A stretch of 64,000 nucleotides of DNA from Azolla caroliniana (GCA_043228905.1 JBHGNT010000009.1:5890001-5954000); one strand, 5' to 3'. Shown: positions 1 to 17,506, numbered from the stretch's first letter. A program made the numbers and translations. Notes: a model not told the origin generated them from the sequence alone.

Positions 1-155
1 TTACCTTTATAGCCTATCGTTAAAATTTTCATATCCACCCAGTTTGAATGGGAAAAATAATGGGCTACATATTGTCTTCTTATAATATCTGCATTTTTTT
101 CTGGATTTCTTAGCTAAGAAAATTTATGTTGTAACCAGAGGATCTTGCTTTGCAG

Positions 156-1722
156 CTCCTTGAGATGATAAGTAACAGTCATTATCTCTATCGAATGACT
201 ATTTTAAATGCTATATCCCTGCTTGCACCAGTAATGGGAGCTGAAGTAACATGTCAAACTATGCTTCCTGTTGTTATTGAGGCCGGAAAAGATAGGTATG
301 TCAACATAATCTTCTTGTTGTGTCTATCTCTTCTCGTGTGGGTAATTTTCTGGGGTTTACCTATATAGACTGTTCATTGATGACTAAGATTTTAATTCTG
401 AGTAAAAAAGAAACATTGCAAAATATCTCGAAATGTAATCATGAACTCTTTGCTGCTTAGTAATGGATGAGAATGATGTGAGTATGCATTAGATAATCTT
501 TCATTCAGATTCCCAAAGTCGAGAAATGATTTATTTTAAGAAATGAATATATGTGATTTATAAACATAGATGCTTTTGTGTGGGCATTTTTCTGGGGTTT
601 ACTGATATGGATTATTCATTGAAGACTGGGGTTTTCATTCTGAAGAGGGGTAAAAGAAGAAACGTTGCTAGATATTCCTGAATGTTATCATGGATTCTTT
701 GTTGCTTCAACAGTAATGGATGAGAATGATGTCAGTATGCATGCAGTCATCTTTCATTCAGATTCCCAACATTGAGAAGCAATTTATTTTAAGGAGTAAA
801 TACATGTAAAATTATGAACATGGGTCAGGGGATTTTGGTGGGTGATTATCTGTCATTTTCTTTGTTAAAGATATTTTTCTATATTCACTGTGAAATGTAG
901 CTGATTTTGATGGATATCATTGACAACACTGCAGGGTACCAAACATAAAGTTTAATGTGGCCAAGGTCTTGCAGTCTTTGACGTCAGTTCTGGATGCTAC
1001 GGTAGGTTCTTGTTCATTTTGTATCCCAATTTTAATTAAGGCTTTTCTATTTGAGGTTACTTGGAAGCTATTTTAGTCGAACCTTTGAATAAATGTCTCA
1101 TCTTGATAGATAGATCTGGTCTTGAATGCTGGATATACAAAGAGCGCTGCATTTATTTACTTTCTAAAGCTCTTGGAAACACGAAAAATTGATTCCATCT
1201 AGGTTCTAAAAGAAGCAAAAGATAAATCTGTGAGAATATTGCCAAAATACTCCTCACTTGTACAAACAATTTATTTACAATGAGGTATTCTGGTAATTTT
1301 TGAAAAAATAGGGGTATTCTGATAAATGCACCCAGCAAATTAGGGGTACTTTTGCGTGTCTGTTACACTCAACGTCATTCATTAAGTGTTTGCACTTCAA
1401 CGAACTGATATGCTCTAAGAAGCTACAATTCCTGCATCAATTACAAATGCTTGAACTTTTGTACAGTGTTGGATATAAATTGGAGCTACATCATTTCCAA
1501 TGCTGTGTTGCCATGGGCATTTCCTGTCAGTTTTACATGCCATTACTATGTGGTGATGAATTGTTATCCAAATGAGCTGGATTATTGATTTGTCATATTT
1601 TACAGGTTGTGCAACAAAGCGTTCGGCCTTGTCTGGTTGAGCTTAGCGAAGATCCAGATGTTGATGTGAGATATTTTGCTGGTCTGGCTTTAGAGACATG
1701 TGACCAGTATATGTTAACTTGA
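156..1722 (+). CDS. PP2AA: Protein phosphatase 2A 65-kDa scaffold (A) subunit, last three exons (156-295, 935-1001, 1606-1722); the 5' part lies outside the window
   Basis: GT-AG joins give ...LLEMISNSHYLYRMTILNAISLLAPVMG...KDR/VPNIKFNVAKVLQSL.../VVQQSVRPCLVELSEDPDVDVRYFA...*, the conserved C-terminal HEAT repeats of plant PP2A-A. Stop TGA at 1720-1722. Confidence 0.95.
335..822. repeat. Diverged tandem duplication of about 240 bp inside a PP2A-A intron
   Basis: TTTTCTGGGGTTTAC...AGTAATGGATGAGAATGATGT...TCTTTCATTCAGATTCCCAA...ATTTATTTTAAG occurs twice in tandem. Confidence 0.8.
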
Positions 1723-2559
1723 TTCCGTGAAAGTTTTCTTCTTGATAATCAAAATATTGCTCCTTTGCCATTACTTTCTTCTTGAAGATCCAAATGGCCT
1801 CTTCTGCCATTTATGCTGAGTTTCTATTGGGTAAAGTTTTATCTATACTTCCTGCCACATTCCAGTGTGTCTCTCAATGACATTTTGGCATCTTTTTCAC
1901 TTTCCACACAAACAAATGGCGGACAAAGAGATTTTTTTTATCAAAGAGAATTAGGATACATTCCTTGTTATTTGTAACGAAGTCAAAATCAGTTTTCTCA
2001 TGCCTCTCAATGAAAACCCACGAGTATACCATAACACGTTACCACAATTTGTTTGTACCAATATGGAAATACATACAAACCACTCAGCCCTTTGGTCCAT
2101 ATCTGTAACTAAACGTTCCAGCTTGTAAACAGGACTGAGTGGATATGTCTTTTCACAATGGGGGATAAACACATTAGGGTTTATCTGCAAGAATCTAATG
2201 GACAATCTTTGTGCAGATGTTATGCTTTTGTACAATACATGTCAAGCTTAGCAGCTTATTTGATTGACATGAGTGTTGAAATCTCAAGTTGTTTGACCAG
2301 ATTGTCATTTTGTGTACATTACAAAGTTGACAATGAGCTTTGGAGAAATGGATTATTATAAAGGAAAACAATTTCCTTTGATAAATGTGTGTATGACCTT
2401 GTAAATATATAGCTTTCAGGGCTCCATATGCCTGAGGAGTTTCCCATTAGGGCTTGGAAGAAGTGCCTTTTTCGTCTCTACATTGTGGACAGAAGCTCAG
2501 TTTGACTGCTCAGCCTACTCAAGAACCTCCTCATGTTTGACCCATCTCATATTTTGGTG

Positions 2560-2845
2560 ATGATCTTCTGTCTCATTGACGCCAAAACCAATCCCATACT
2601 CTTGGGCCAACCTTGGCTCCATATGGCTTTTATAAGTACAATTGATAGAGGGACAGAGCAGATCAATTTAGCGATGGGACAAGATCAATTCGTGACATGG
2701 ATTAGAACCTCATTGAAGCCAAAGCCAATCCCATACTCTTGGGCCAACCTCGGCACTAGATGTCTTTTATGAAGTACAATTAGAAGGACAGGGCTGCAGA
2801 CAGGTCAATCTACCAATGGGACAAGACCAATTTGTGACATGACTG
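2560..2845 (+). pseudogene. Retroelement aspartic-protease-like remnant, tandemly duplicated (unit about 140 bp)
   Basis: Translation PILLGQPWL resembles the ILGxPWL motif of retropepsins. AATCCCATACTCTTGGGCCAACC...AAGTACAATT...GGGACAAGA occurs twice. Confidence 0.4.
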
Positions 2846-5800
2846 ATCCTCCACATGCTTAGAGTGAGTATGCCAGAAGGCTTGATTGATTAGAACCTCA
2901 AAGCAGACTTGGCCGACTATCCAAAGATCAATTTGCTATTTGAGATTTGCGTCCTTAGTATCTTCTCCAGCCATTGGCTTGTGCCTTCAATTTTACATAA
3001 CATGTGAACTAGGCAAACACTTAATGTTGCATTGGGTAAGTTCAATTTTTCCTTGGTTTCAAGTTTCAACAATTAATGGTGCATTGCCCACAACTTTGAT
3101 GTCCACTTCTCTGGAATACCTTTTTTTTTCCTTCTAATCTCTCCATCCATTCTAGGTTGGTGGGAATGAGTCGAAGCAATAAGAATAATACTCTTATGAA
3201 TGCGAGAGTTACTGCACTCATTACCAATATTACTCAGTATTAGGCAAAACAAAGGAAGAAACGGAGACATGTTACGTTGCATCGTAAACCTCAAAAAATG
3301 TTTTGCGTCAATCTTGGGTTAGCTTTTAATTTTCATTCAGGGGAGGAATGATTATGACTAGCATCTAGGGAAAACTCTTTATCTTATTGTTGGATCTATA
3401 CTTAATTAATAAGGATAAATCAATGGATATATTTCACAAGCAAGATGCGGGTCTTTTTCAATCACTAATTCTTATTTTGCCCAAAATCATTGTTGTTGGT
3501 CCACATTTTATGGCATTGCAGAAATTAATAACACGAGGAAGACACTTCCCTCCTTTTCCCATTTCCCCCAATGTTTGTGGTGCCCCCTCTCAACTTCATT
3601 TCTGGTACTCCCCCTCCATCAAGAAGACGATGGCATTATTCTAGTTTCTATATATATATATATATAATTATTCTATGACACATAACTAGTATGATATATT
3701 AGGAAGTATTCATATCATTTCATTTGAGCGCATCGACATAACCAAACTTCTTCAACAAGTAGGTACATACTTCTTTATAGAAGAACTAAGCTTTATGCAA
3801 GACAACCATGTTTCTTCAATTTACTAATGCCAAGGCTATCATTCATAGAGAAATGCTTTCCATTTTACATGTCTTTTGTTGAAGGCAACAATAAATTTAG
3901 TTTGAAAAAAAGTTTTTGTAAGAAATGAAAAGAAGCCAAACAATACCAATTAGTATAGAGGTAGCCTAGGATAAGGAACCTGGAAAACTAAAAGGATATC
4001 TACGTGAATGAAAAGGCATATTCAAAACTTGAGGAGAATATGGGAAGTTGGACAATCTCTACAAACCCAAGATAAAGTATGTACATGCAGGTCAAAAGTT
4101 ATGGAGTTATATAGTAATGTAACTCTTTTGGAATTCATGTATATGCATTATAAGAACATATTTGAGACGATGTATTTCAATTGTGTTTCATATATGCCTT
4201 CTTTCTTTACTATTGAGATCTATGCAGAGGACATAAGAAATTTTACTAGTTGTTGCAAGACTAGATATCCTGAAATTATCAAGTCTGAATGTCAAAACGT
4301 ATAGGGAAGGAAACACATAGTAATGCTTGAATAGGTTATGTATTTAGTCATGTGTTGCCTTTTGAAATATGGCATGTCTTACACTTTAAATACAAATTGG
4401 TGGAAATATTGATATTATATACAAATATGGGAAAATCATTAGTCAAGTTACAAGTGATATACATAGTCTCCTTGAGAATGGGACCCTTCCCATTGTAGCT
4501 CTTGGATTATGGGGAGCGTTGTAGGGCACATGCGTAAGATTTCAAAACAATTATCACATTGCATGACAACTAAGTAGGGCAGCTCAAAAGAAAAACATAA
4601 ATAAATGTGAAGCATGAAATGGATGCAAGATATAAAGAATTGTTTTGGAAGATGGGATGTATCACATTTGCTTCATGTTGCCTCAATAGATTCCACATAG
4701 AATGGGGTTTTGTGCAATAGCAATGACCACATGAGAGAGAGATGTGAGGCACACACATTATCACATTGTTACAATGTTGCACCAAACTATAACTATATTC
4801 TTCTATGAACCCATCCACGTGCCCACAACCACACCATCACTTCTAGACAACTTAGCTCACATTTTCTTTGACGGATAAGTGTATTCAGGCAACAACAAGG
4901 GGTCAATCAACCACATGCTTTTTGCGCCTAACAAGTGACAAGTCCATTGTTGATCACATTTGAGCTTGCTTTCCCTACATTTTCAACTAGAACTTATTCC
5001 TACACACATTTATCTGTAGTTGCAATGTATACTCAATTGTGATGTTTTTTGTAAAAATCTTGAGTGTGTCCTTATTAACATCACACATAGTTAACGTTTA
5101 TTTCCAAGGTCAATAATGAAAGTTATCTATCTACCCCTAGTTTCCTTTGTACTTTTGACCTTGATAGAGTAAAGGTGTCGGTAGTAAGTGGTCGGTAGTA
5201 AGTGGTCTAGAGATATTTTGTATATACACCTGCATATTTGTAGATATTTAGTAGGACAATATGTGTGTGTATCATATGTGGTGGTTAACTTGTCACATTG
5301 GGTTCCCTAAGCTTTAGATTCAAATGTGTGCAGTTATTAGCTTGCAAATTTCGTATATCTACCATTTTGACTTATTCTACTCATCAACCAACTCCATTGT
5401 GATTTCTATTTTCTGGAGTGTGGATGCATTGTGGTGGATCCATATGAATGTACTTCCATTTTTTGTAAATTACATGTTTACACTACTTCCATTTTTTGTA
5501 GGCAATTTCTCATATGTATTGAGTATTCAATATATTTTTCCTTCTTTTGGTTTGTGGATAGTGGTGTTATACATTACTCTTAGAGAAGGTATCTAACCAT
5601 GAATGTGTGTACTATGTTATCGTCCCAAAAATATAATGCTTTTGTTTTAACTAAACATTCTCCTAATATCCACTAGTTTTGGTTTGTGATGATCAAGCGT
5701 TGAATTTTGCAAGTAGATGCATTTGGTATTTTGCTCTAGAAGTCAAATACCAGTCTATCAATAGTTTAGGGTTTCTAAGCTTTAGGTGTAATGATTTTCA

Positions 5801-8800
5801 GTCCAAAGAGTAATGGGTACACAACTTATGATATAAATGTGAAATAAAAGTAGGATTTGATGGATTGGGCTTAAGGTTAATGCATCCTCAATTTCGAAAA
5901 GATATTGAACAATATGCCATTCATCTTTACACAGTGACATGTATCTTGAACAATCTCCATCTCTTCTTATAGTCATAGATATTCATCTAATTAGGGAGAT
6001 CGATGATTTTGTGCATGGATAGGTATGGCTCACGAGGTTTAGGAATCAACATTAATGCTAGGAATGCATAATTGTGTATGAAGGGTTACCTATTGGTACA
6101 TGCGAAGGTATTTCTATCATGGTAAGTAATAAACTACTTATTACATAGATGAACCTACGGATTCTACTAATGAGACAGGTTCTATAGTTGACGCTTATTC
6201 TTAAATGTCCTGGATAGGTTGTTAATAGTTCTCTCCCGATGTTTGCTCAATGAACTTGTTTTGCGCCTTTATGCAAACTTGTGAAGGATTGTGTATAGTA
6301 ACTAGTTGCAAAATCTTCACAAAAATTAAAAAGAAGTGCCCAAAAGAACAATGTGACACATGCCAAAACAAGAAGGGATTAAAGTGTATGTATTGCAAGC
6401 TCATGAATGCAAAAGGCTAAATGGTATGTGCATTACTTTCACATTATTGAAAACAAAAGAAAAACATTCATAATACTAGTTTTTATTGATAAAACTTTTA
6501 GCATTGTAAAAGCACTTTAACCTTTTAGTTAAAACTCCTTTTTTTGCATAATTACTTTCACGTCACAATCAGTTAGACAACCTTTGTCGTAACATTATTC
6601 AGTTACAAGTACTTCATGCATGTATAGTAGTTTCGCATTATAAGCCCTTTTAGAGTATTTTGCTCATTCATAAGTTTGAGAAGATGCTTTCTACCCATTT
6701 TCTCCATCATAACCAAAAAAGTCGCTCCTCGCGAACATCGCCTACCGACAAGGAGAAAGCGTAATCGCATATTTGATCATTGTTACAACTAAGAAGTTGA
6801 TGCATTGTAGGTTAGCTACAATGGGGGCTTTTCATTTGTTAGTATGGCTTTACTAAATTCGAGACAAACACATAGTTGGTTCTTTTACAACTACTTTATA
6901 TTGTGTGCGTGTGTTTGTCTGTCAAAAGCTCTTTCTTTTAGCATAAATTGGTTGTCATCTTATATGTTGCATAATAACAATTGAGCACAACATGAGTAAA
7001 TCAACAATTGGGTGATAGCTACATATAACTCATAAAAGTGGTGACAATAAAAAAAGGTAAGGAAACTCTTGATTGGATCTTACTTTCTATTATAAATCAT
7101 TTTCTTATCTTATCTCTCTACTTTAGGAAGTATTCACATAATGTGTTGTTTGATAATTTGGAGGAGGAACTGTGCAAGAATGAGATAACAATTGAAAAAT
7201 TCAAACCCAAGAAGATTTCTTTTGATGAAATTAACTTTCTCTTGTGATGAGTTATTGGATATGCATACCATGACCAACATTTTGCTCTTTCGATTTGGAT
7301 GATAGTGTTGAGGCCAACAAGCTTTTTTATATAAATGTTAAGATTATATTGTTAGACATAAAAATCAAGAACCATGAACGTATGAAAGAGATGTGTTCTT
7401 AAAACAAACATCAATCTATTAAATAAAAATGTCAAGACGTTGATACATCACATGAAGATTACTTTTATTTATAGTTAACATCAATAATTGTGTATCAATT
7501 GTGTGACACAAACATATGGTGGGATTAAAATAAAGGGCTTGTAGCCTCACCCACATTGAATATATAAATGTCATGAATATCGTTGCACCATTTTTTTAAT
7601 ATAGGAGTTGTTTTGTTTCAAGTATGTGAAAAAGTTAATGATCTTCCATGTACTGGTTCTAGCTTCATTTTGAAAAGAAGAAAAAACAAAGTGTGAAATG
7701 GAATTTATAGTCATCTCGAAGATTTCGACAAGGTTATAATTAAAGCAAGTAGCATATTTGTGCTTTTGGATCATTAATAAAGCATAAAATGATAGTGCTA
7801 TTGCTTTGCATGTGGAATTATTTGAGAGTCATCGTAACATGTAATCAAGATGTTCTCGATCCCGTATCGAGAAAATATTAATAGAAAAGATGAAAACAAC
7901 AACTTCAATGATGTGATGCTCACTTACTAGTATTAAAATGACTTTCATATTTACATGAAGGTGATTGATTACTTTCATGTCAAAAATACAAAGATCGACA
8001 TATTTGGAAATCCCCAAAAAAGACAAAAGTTCATCAAATCTGATGTGAAAAACAACGAGATAATATGTTGGGAAATGTTTCCGAAGGAAAAAAAAAGGGA
8101 GTCTGATGCTATTTGGTCTAAGACTACATCAAAAGAATGTGTTTGAAACTAGTTTCGATAAAAATATACAGGTAAAAAGCTTGGAGACCCATTGCAACTA
8201 GTAATTGTCTTCTTCTTTTTTGAGAGGTGTTGTTTATGCATCCCTTGCGATGATGGATTCAGCATTTAAAAGATGTATGAGTGACTTAACACACTTTTCA
8301 TGAAGTTTTTATTTATTATCACAAAGACTTGGTGTTCAGATTGGGTCATTGGCACACATGATTTCTTCCGAAGAGATACAATACTTTGTTTCTAAACCCC
8401 ATATAGTGCATGATTGAATTAAGGGGAGCAAATGTGCGTAAAATCTCTCTCAAAACATTAGCTTTAGACAACAATTGAATATGAATTTTCGTTCTTTGAA
8501 GTCATGCGGATGTATTAGGCCGATAAAAGTGCACACAATATGGTTTAAGAAGATTCAGCTCAACATTAGCCATTGTGATGGGGTCTCCACTTTGAGCTAT
8601 CCTTGATGCGAGCACCATCAAGGACATCTGATATGTATTCTTAGCTTCTCTTGCCTACTTTGCCTTTGTTTCATAAAGTCCAACCTCTATGCATTCCATG
8701 TTTGTTAACCAAATGGCCACCATCAAACAAAGATCCATCTACATATATACCACATAATCCAAACATGAAAATGATGTTCGGCCGACAATTTAATCTCTTC

Positions 8801-9313
8801 CTATCCACTCTTATCGAGTCATGAGTGTTTAAACTAAAGGTTCCACTAAACCTTCAGACTAGACTATGTAGGTCTATTATGAGTAAGTAGTTAGTTACAC
8901 ATAGCACAATGCACAATACTTCCTGTTTGCCAAATGAAACGACGAATTAACCTTCTGAAAACTATACGGGTTTCAGAAAGGAGTAGCAAGAATCTATCAA
9001 CTATTTGCAATGAGTTATAAATATCAGAGGCCTTCAAATATTAGCAAAAATCTAATTGAAAAAAAACCATGGCTATTTTTTGTTATCTGACAAAATACAC
9101 AGGCTTTACAATAACATTCCAAACAAGGCATCATCTCAAAAACAATAGTGTGTCTTGCAAGTGGTAGAGTTAAAAAATGCAATTATGGATGAGTATCATA
9201 TAGAACATCTAACACTAAGAATCATCGATAGAATATGTATATATGTATGAGTGTGTGTGTGTATATATATATGGTGTGTGTATGTGTGTGTTTTACAAAT
9301 TATAAAGCCTCTC

Positions 9314-10080
9314 TCAATTGCTTGTCTTTGTTCTCGAAAAAAACCTTGCAAACCCACTCCCATGTTTCTCGACATAAGGGAAAGAAGAAGAAGACGCATC
9401 ATCACTCATAGACTTTGAGAGATCAGGTCCCGGAAAAGACCGTTGCACGTGTTTCTTCCTCCGCAACATTTTTTTGGACGCCGGTTTCTTAGGAGAAAAT
9501 GCGGGTTCGACCTCGGGAGAACTCGGCATTTGGGCTACTGCCTCAATATAGTCTTCATGGGCAGGCACTTTATCTCCGAACATATCATACATTTTCCTCC
9601 CATTATTATGGTGCCCTTGTACAGACAAACTAATGAGTTCCGAGTCCAACATATCCGATGCAATGCTATCTCGAGGATCCCATGATCCTTTGGTTTTTTT
9701 GTTGGTCAGTGGCATGTCAATGTCATATTCTTCTTCTTCATCATCTTCTCCTTCATGGTCATCCGAAAAGACTTCGTTACCATCACCAAAAACCGCCGAA
9801 TGACACCGCATTGGAGTGTATCGTTCCGATGAGATTTTTACATCCATGGGTAGAGCTAGGTATTGTTGAGAGGATTGATTAGGAGATGCAAGGACTTTCA
9901 GTTGTTTCCCGAGAGCTAGAATTGTTCGTTGACACTCAGCGAGCTTCTCCGTTGCAGCCGCAATCTCTTGTTCCTGCCAAAAGAAACATTGTTTTCTTGT
10001 TTTCAGAAATTGTATGTACATATATGTATACACACATACATATATGTATTATGTATGTATTATGTATATATATATATATA

Positions 10081-10156
<76 letters not shown>

Positions 10157-13100
10157 TGTATGTATGTATGTATAGTCTTTACCTTTTTCACTTGCTCAGC
10201 TTCCTCAGCAGCCATAGCATACCTTTCACTGCTCAATTGAGATTTCCTACAGAAACCAAAACAGCATCAGTTTATATTATAACTAACAAAGAAGGAAATG
10301 TGCAAGCAACGGTTGATTTTTATTCCAAAACCACTATATATTATTTTTTGCAGCAATTCTACTTGAAAAACTAACAAAGCAAAAAAAATTCAAAATATAT
10401 TGATTGATATCTATGGTTAACTTACTCTTCAAGCAGCTTCTCTTGGAGCTCCCTGCACTTAGATTCTAGATCCAAATTCTTCTGTTGTTCGCTCAAAATC
10501 TCTCTTGAGAGACACCCTACTCTCTCTTGCAATTTGATCACCTCGACTCTACTCGATTCGAGCTCTGAATCTGTTTGTTCCTTCAGAAGACACACTCTCC
10601 GAACCTCCTCTTCTCCATGTTTCTTAAGCAATTCTAGAGAACAGACTCTTGCCTCCAGCACCTTCACATGTTGCTCTGTTTCCTGAAGTTGTGCATTCAA
10701 TGCATCAGACATCTCATCTATCTTTGCTCGTTCCATCTTCTTCGTTGTCACAAGCTCTTGCTCTATAGCATTGAACCTTGTCAATTCAGCCTTCATGTGG
10801 GTTTCCAATGCAACTTTCTCCGAAATGACCCTACTAAGCTCCTCTTCTATAATACTCTTCTCATTCAGAGCTTTGCTTAGCTCTTCTTCAAGTTTCAAGA
10901 TCTTAGACGAAAAGATTAGATTTTTATCATCATGATCAAGATTGTTTTCATCGGTAGGTACGATTTTTGCAGCTTCTTCTGAGCAATCTGATTTGCTTGT
11001 ATCAGAGATAGGGCTCACTGTTCCAGAATATTCCATTTCTCCACTTACATGGCTTGATCCATCCCAACCCAAGCCCTTACTTTCTCTTCTCATCTTCAAT
11101 ATGTAACTAAGTATTGACGCGAGCTCTACCATTAGCTCCAGAAGATTTGCCTTGCTTTGCAAAAACGCGTTGCGAATATCAATAAGCCTCTTCCGTTTCA
11201 TGCCAAGCTCACCGATCTTCAGTTGTTCTTCTCCCAAACTAAAGCTTTCCATTGTTAGCATTGATCTCTCTAGTCGAGAAGGAGATTTCCCATGGTTAAG
11301 CTTCATCTCTCTATTTATTGAAAGGGAAAGCTGGCAGTCAACACTAAGTTCTTCAACCAGCTCAACTACTTTGCATATAGTTGAACCAACTTCCAGAGTA
11401 GTTTCAGTGATTTTGTAACTGGAAGCTTCTTCATTGTGACCAGGACCTTTTGCAAGGCGCCGAATCTGGTTACGCAAACTTCCCATAGAATGGCTTGGCA
11501 TTCCCATGTCTTCTCTTATCTCATCTAGCACTTCATATACATCAGCATTTGCTTCTTGAGCCTCGAATAACATATCCAATTTCTCCTTCAAGCTTGATAG
11601 GCTCAATTGATTTTCAGCATCTTTCGATTTCCACATGAGTACCTCTTCCTCTACATTTGCTAGCTTGCCACTCACTTCTTCATACCGTCGACATGCGTCC
11701 TGAATCTCCGACTTCAAGCCATGCTCAACGGCAGATGAAGAAACGCCAATCGATTTCTTTACGTCTTTATGTTCCAGAGACCTCCTTATCTCTTGGATAG
11801 GATCAACAGATATAGGTGATAAAGATGCAAGTTGTTCCATTTCCATGAAATCATCAAGATCAGTTTTCGATGATCCAACAGCTTTTGTAGAGACATGAAT
11901 CTTCTTCTCTTTTCTAAACTGATCTAGCTCCACTATTAATGCAGAAGCCCATGATTCAGCACAGCTCACCTCTCCATCGTTCCCATCATCCGATGCTGAG
12001 GCAATGCTTTGTTCCATGCTGTCTGAGATGCTTCTTGCAGTTTCGGCATTCATATCAGATACACTCATCCGGATTGGGGGAATCTTTTGATTAATCCCTT
12101 GATTTGATGCCAAAGCATCTAATTGATGCTCAACCAATGATAGCTTTGATGCAGTCCTCGCACACATCAGCCTCGCAGATTGTAGCTCATTGCTTTTTTT
12201 CGATAGAGATTCCCTTAACATTTTGGTTTCCTCCTCAAGAGCACTGTATCGTTCCGACCATGAGCTCCCTTCTCTATCTTGATAATGGTTGTCTTCATGG
12301 ACATCTTGCACAGACTCTTGAGCTGATTTGGTGGTTTTCTTCCGATTATCCTTGATATTCATACTCTCGATTTCTAACCTCATTTGCGCCAGAGCTCCAG
12401 GGCCAGGTAGCTTCTTGCGGATTAATCCTCGGAGACGTTGGCATTCTGCTTCAAGTTTAGATATTCTTTTGATATCCTCCAAGTGCTGCTTGTTCGCCAC
12501 ATCGACAGCTCGTTTACTCATTCCTTTCTCTTCATTCCTAATCTCCAGTTCCTTTTGTGACACATGAAGCTCATACTTGAATGCAATTTTTTCCTTCTCA
12601 CAAGATTCAAGCCTAACACGCAACAAACTCACTTCGGCCTCAGCAGCCGAACGAGCATCACTGAGCTCAGCTATGGTCTTTCCTCTCTCTTGAAGAGATT
12701 TTGTGATAGCCTTATTTTCAGCATCTCTCTCAAGAAACCTTTGTTCTAAGTCAGCTAATCTTTCTTCGAGTTCAGATCGGGTCAAATCCCAATCTCTGGT
12801 TTTCTTAACAATGGCATCGTGAATGTTTTCTTCTTGTTCTTCCCTTGCATGTCTGAGTTGTCTCATACACTCTTTCAGAGCTCCATCTAAGTGTGAAACT
12901 CTATCTTCAGCAGCTAACCTTTGTTGAATTGCAGAATCTAACTGACCTCTTAAAGTGGCCGTCTCTGATTCAGCCTTCTCCCACCCTATTTTATTCATTG
13001 CATATGAATTTACCATTAAAGTAAATTAATTACTTCTTAATCCACAAACATCTCCTCTTATAAAAATGTAATGTGAACTACATAATGAAAAATGTATATA

Positions 13101-14232
13101 TAATCTGCAAACATCTCCCAAATTTCCCTGAGCTTTTCATTATATATTTCACAAAATCCCAAACTTTGAAGGGTATTTTGGAGTTTCTTCCTAGTTGCTA
13201 TTACCTGATACAGCTTCTTCAGCAACTTTTGCATGTTGTTTAACTAGAAGATCTTTACTTGTTGCGTCCATCGATGCCACTGATAATTTCTCAGTTAGCT
13301 CTTTGAGCTTCTGCTCATATTCTTGTGACGTTATCTTGTGTCCATCAGGAATGAGGGTACCATTAGATACAGCATCCTATTAGACAAAAACGTGAAGGAC
13401 GAATTAAAAGCAGAGCATATGATACATTTTGGTACATGCTACAAACCCAAAACCCAGATACAGGTTTCAACATGGATATTAGGATCTAAAGAAGCCACAG
13501 CATGCAAAAAAAACAATTTCAAAGCATTACCTTTTATACATTCATAAGATGTAATTATTAGAATTTGAATGAGTTACAACAATAAGGCTGTGGATTCAAG
13601 TCTAATGCAACAGCTTAGTGACTGATTCATCGTAAAAAAAAAAAAACAAATGACATTTTCAGTTCAAAGAAGCCATGCAAACTAAACATTTTTTTTGTTT
13701 GCAACTATGTATACTATCATTTCCTCTGGAGCATGGCTTTAGAAAATTCATTTTCCACAACCCAAGGATTGGCGAGGAGATTGTGTACACTCGAGCACTA
13801 TTTCAAAAACATTACATTTAAGATTCCTAAATATTTTGTATGAGATCATGTAAACATTCATATTTTTTTAGTTTGAGATCATCTACACAGCCATATTTCT
13901 CCTAAACATGGCTTCTTTACGAAATTCACTTCCCACAACCCAAGGGTTGCAAAACAACGGCATTAGCTTATAAAAGGCAATGCTTGAGACAGGGTTGATC
14001 CATGGCATTTGGGGAAATAAAGAAACAATTGGGGAGTTAGTGTGGACTAAATGCATGCATGTTATGAAACATGAGCCTGGAGATCATTCTGAAACTACCA
14101 AATGGACAAGAAAGGGATCAAGATGTTGCAACATACCTGGCCGTCAGGATTCCTTGTTGGGTCAAAACTCTCACTGTATGCTGTAACTTTGTCTGATGGC
14201 TTCTTCTTCCAAGGCCAACTCCTTTTGTCCAT
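9314..14232 (-). CDS. FPP: Filament-like plant protein (FPP/DUF869 coiled-coil), 5 coding exons: 14232-14137, 13376-13205, 12985-10426, 10246-10183, 9973-9314; about 1183 aa
   Basis: Family motifs MDKRSWPWKKK, KQHAKVAEEAVSGWEKAE, LDGALKECMRQLR, KLEAECQRLRGLIRKKLPGPGALAQM, SCAESWASALI and EKLAECQRTILALGKQLK. All four introns are GT-AG and the phases join in frame (3552 nt). Confidence 0.93.
10040..10172. repeat. (TA)n/(TATG)n microsatellite in the last FPP intron
   Basis: Directly visible. Confidence 0.95.
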
Positions 14233-15444
14233 GGAATTGACTCTATATGGTTATAGCATCATACAACATACAAATCTGACAAAGTAAACCTTATTAGCAT
14301 ACATTTCAATTAATGAACACATATACATGCATACAAACATTAAAACATACAAGCTTACTTTTTTATACAATATACACACATGCATACATCAAACCATACA
14401 TAAATAGAGATGTTCATACATAAAAGCACGCATGCATACATACATACATATAGCCACGCATACGTTTTCTGTAATCATACATACATGCATGCATGCACAA
14501 ATCACACAACGTACACGCAAACATACTTACATTACCACACACGCATAATTTGTGCGTGCATGTATATGTTATGTTTTCAATCACTTTTGGTATGGTTAAA
14601 ACCTTGAACTTGCTATGGAGAATGATTGTAGTGATTTTTAAAGAAGAAAAGATCGAATCACATGGGAAGGATGAAACACAATGTGGCAAATCTAAACTGA
14701 ATATTTGTCAGCTGAGAGCGCAATAAGATCCAGAGTCATTCATATGAGGATTAGGATCGGAATATCCATATGTTATGATAAGGATGATTGATCAAAAGGA
14801 TTAAGTATCTCATCTCACAGATCCCATAATGTTTACATGGATTTCGAAAAGAAATGATCTAATCTCCAAAACTATTTACTGAACACATAGATTCTCATTT
14901 TGTTCGTAGATTTTTTGTTTTGCTTCTCTCCTCCCACTTTAACTCATTCTATAGATCTACGTAGATATGTAATCTAAGATTCAAATCTTTTATTCCAAGT
15001 GTTTGATCTTTGTATCTGAAAATATATAGAGGACTTGTAACCCCAATTAATTACAAGTGATTTGACGATTAAAAAAACCCATTCTAGTAGATAATGAAAT
15101 CAAATTGATAGGTCTCTGAGTGTGTTTTTTTTCCGGGAATCCAAGATCAAGAGATCAAAGATCAAAGCTGAAAGCTGAACAAATAAAACAGAGAATTTTC
15201 TTTCTCTATGGTATTTAGCAACGGGGCAATGTGAGAAACAAAGGAAGGGGAAAGCAGGTGAATGAATGCAATAGAATCAGAGAATGGAATGCAATGCAGG
15301 TACAATCAATCAAGGAACGGATGCAAAGGAATTTTAGTGAAGGAATGCAATGCAGTGCGATACTGAGTAGAAACCAATGAATGCAAAAATCAAAGACGAG
15401 TGTTGGAGAGGAAGAAGGGAGAGGGGATGGTGTTTGCTTACAGT

Positions 15445-17506
<2,062 letters not shown>

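Noticed and set aside
12986-13016. ORF-track start MVNSYAMNKI for FPP
   Set aside because: It is intronic; the acceptor is at 12986 and the conserved start is at 14232.
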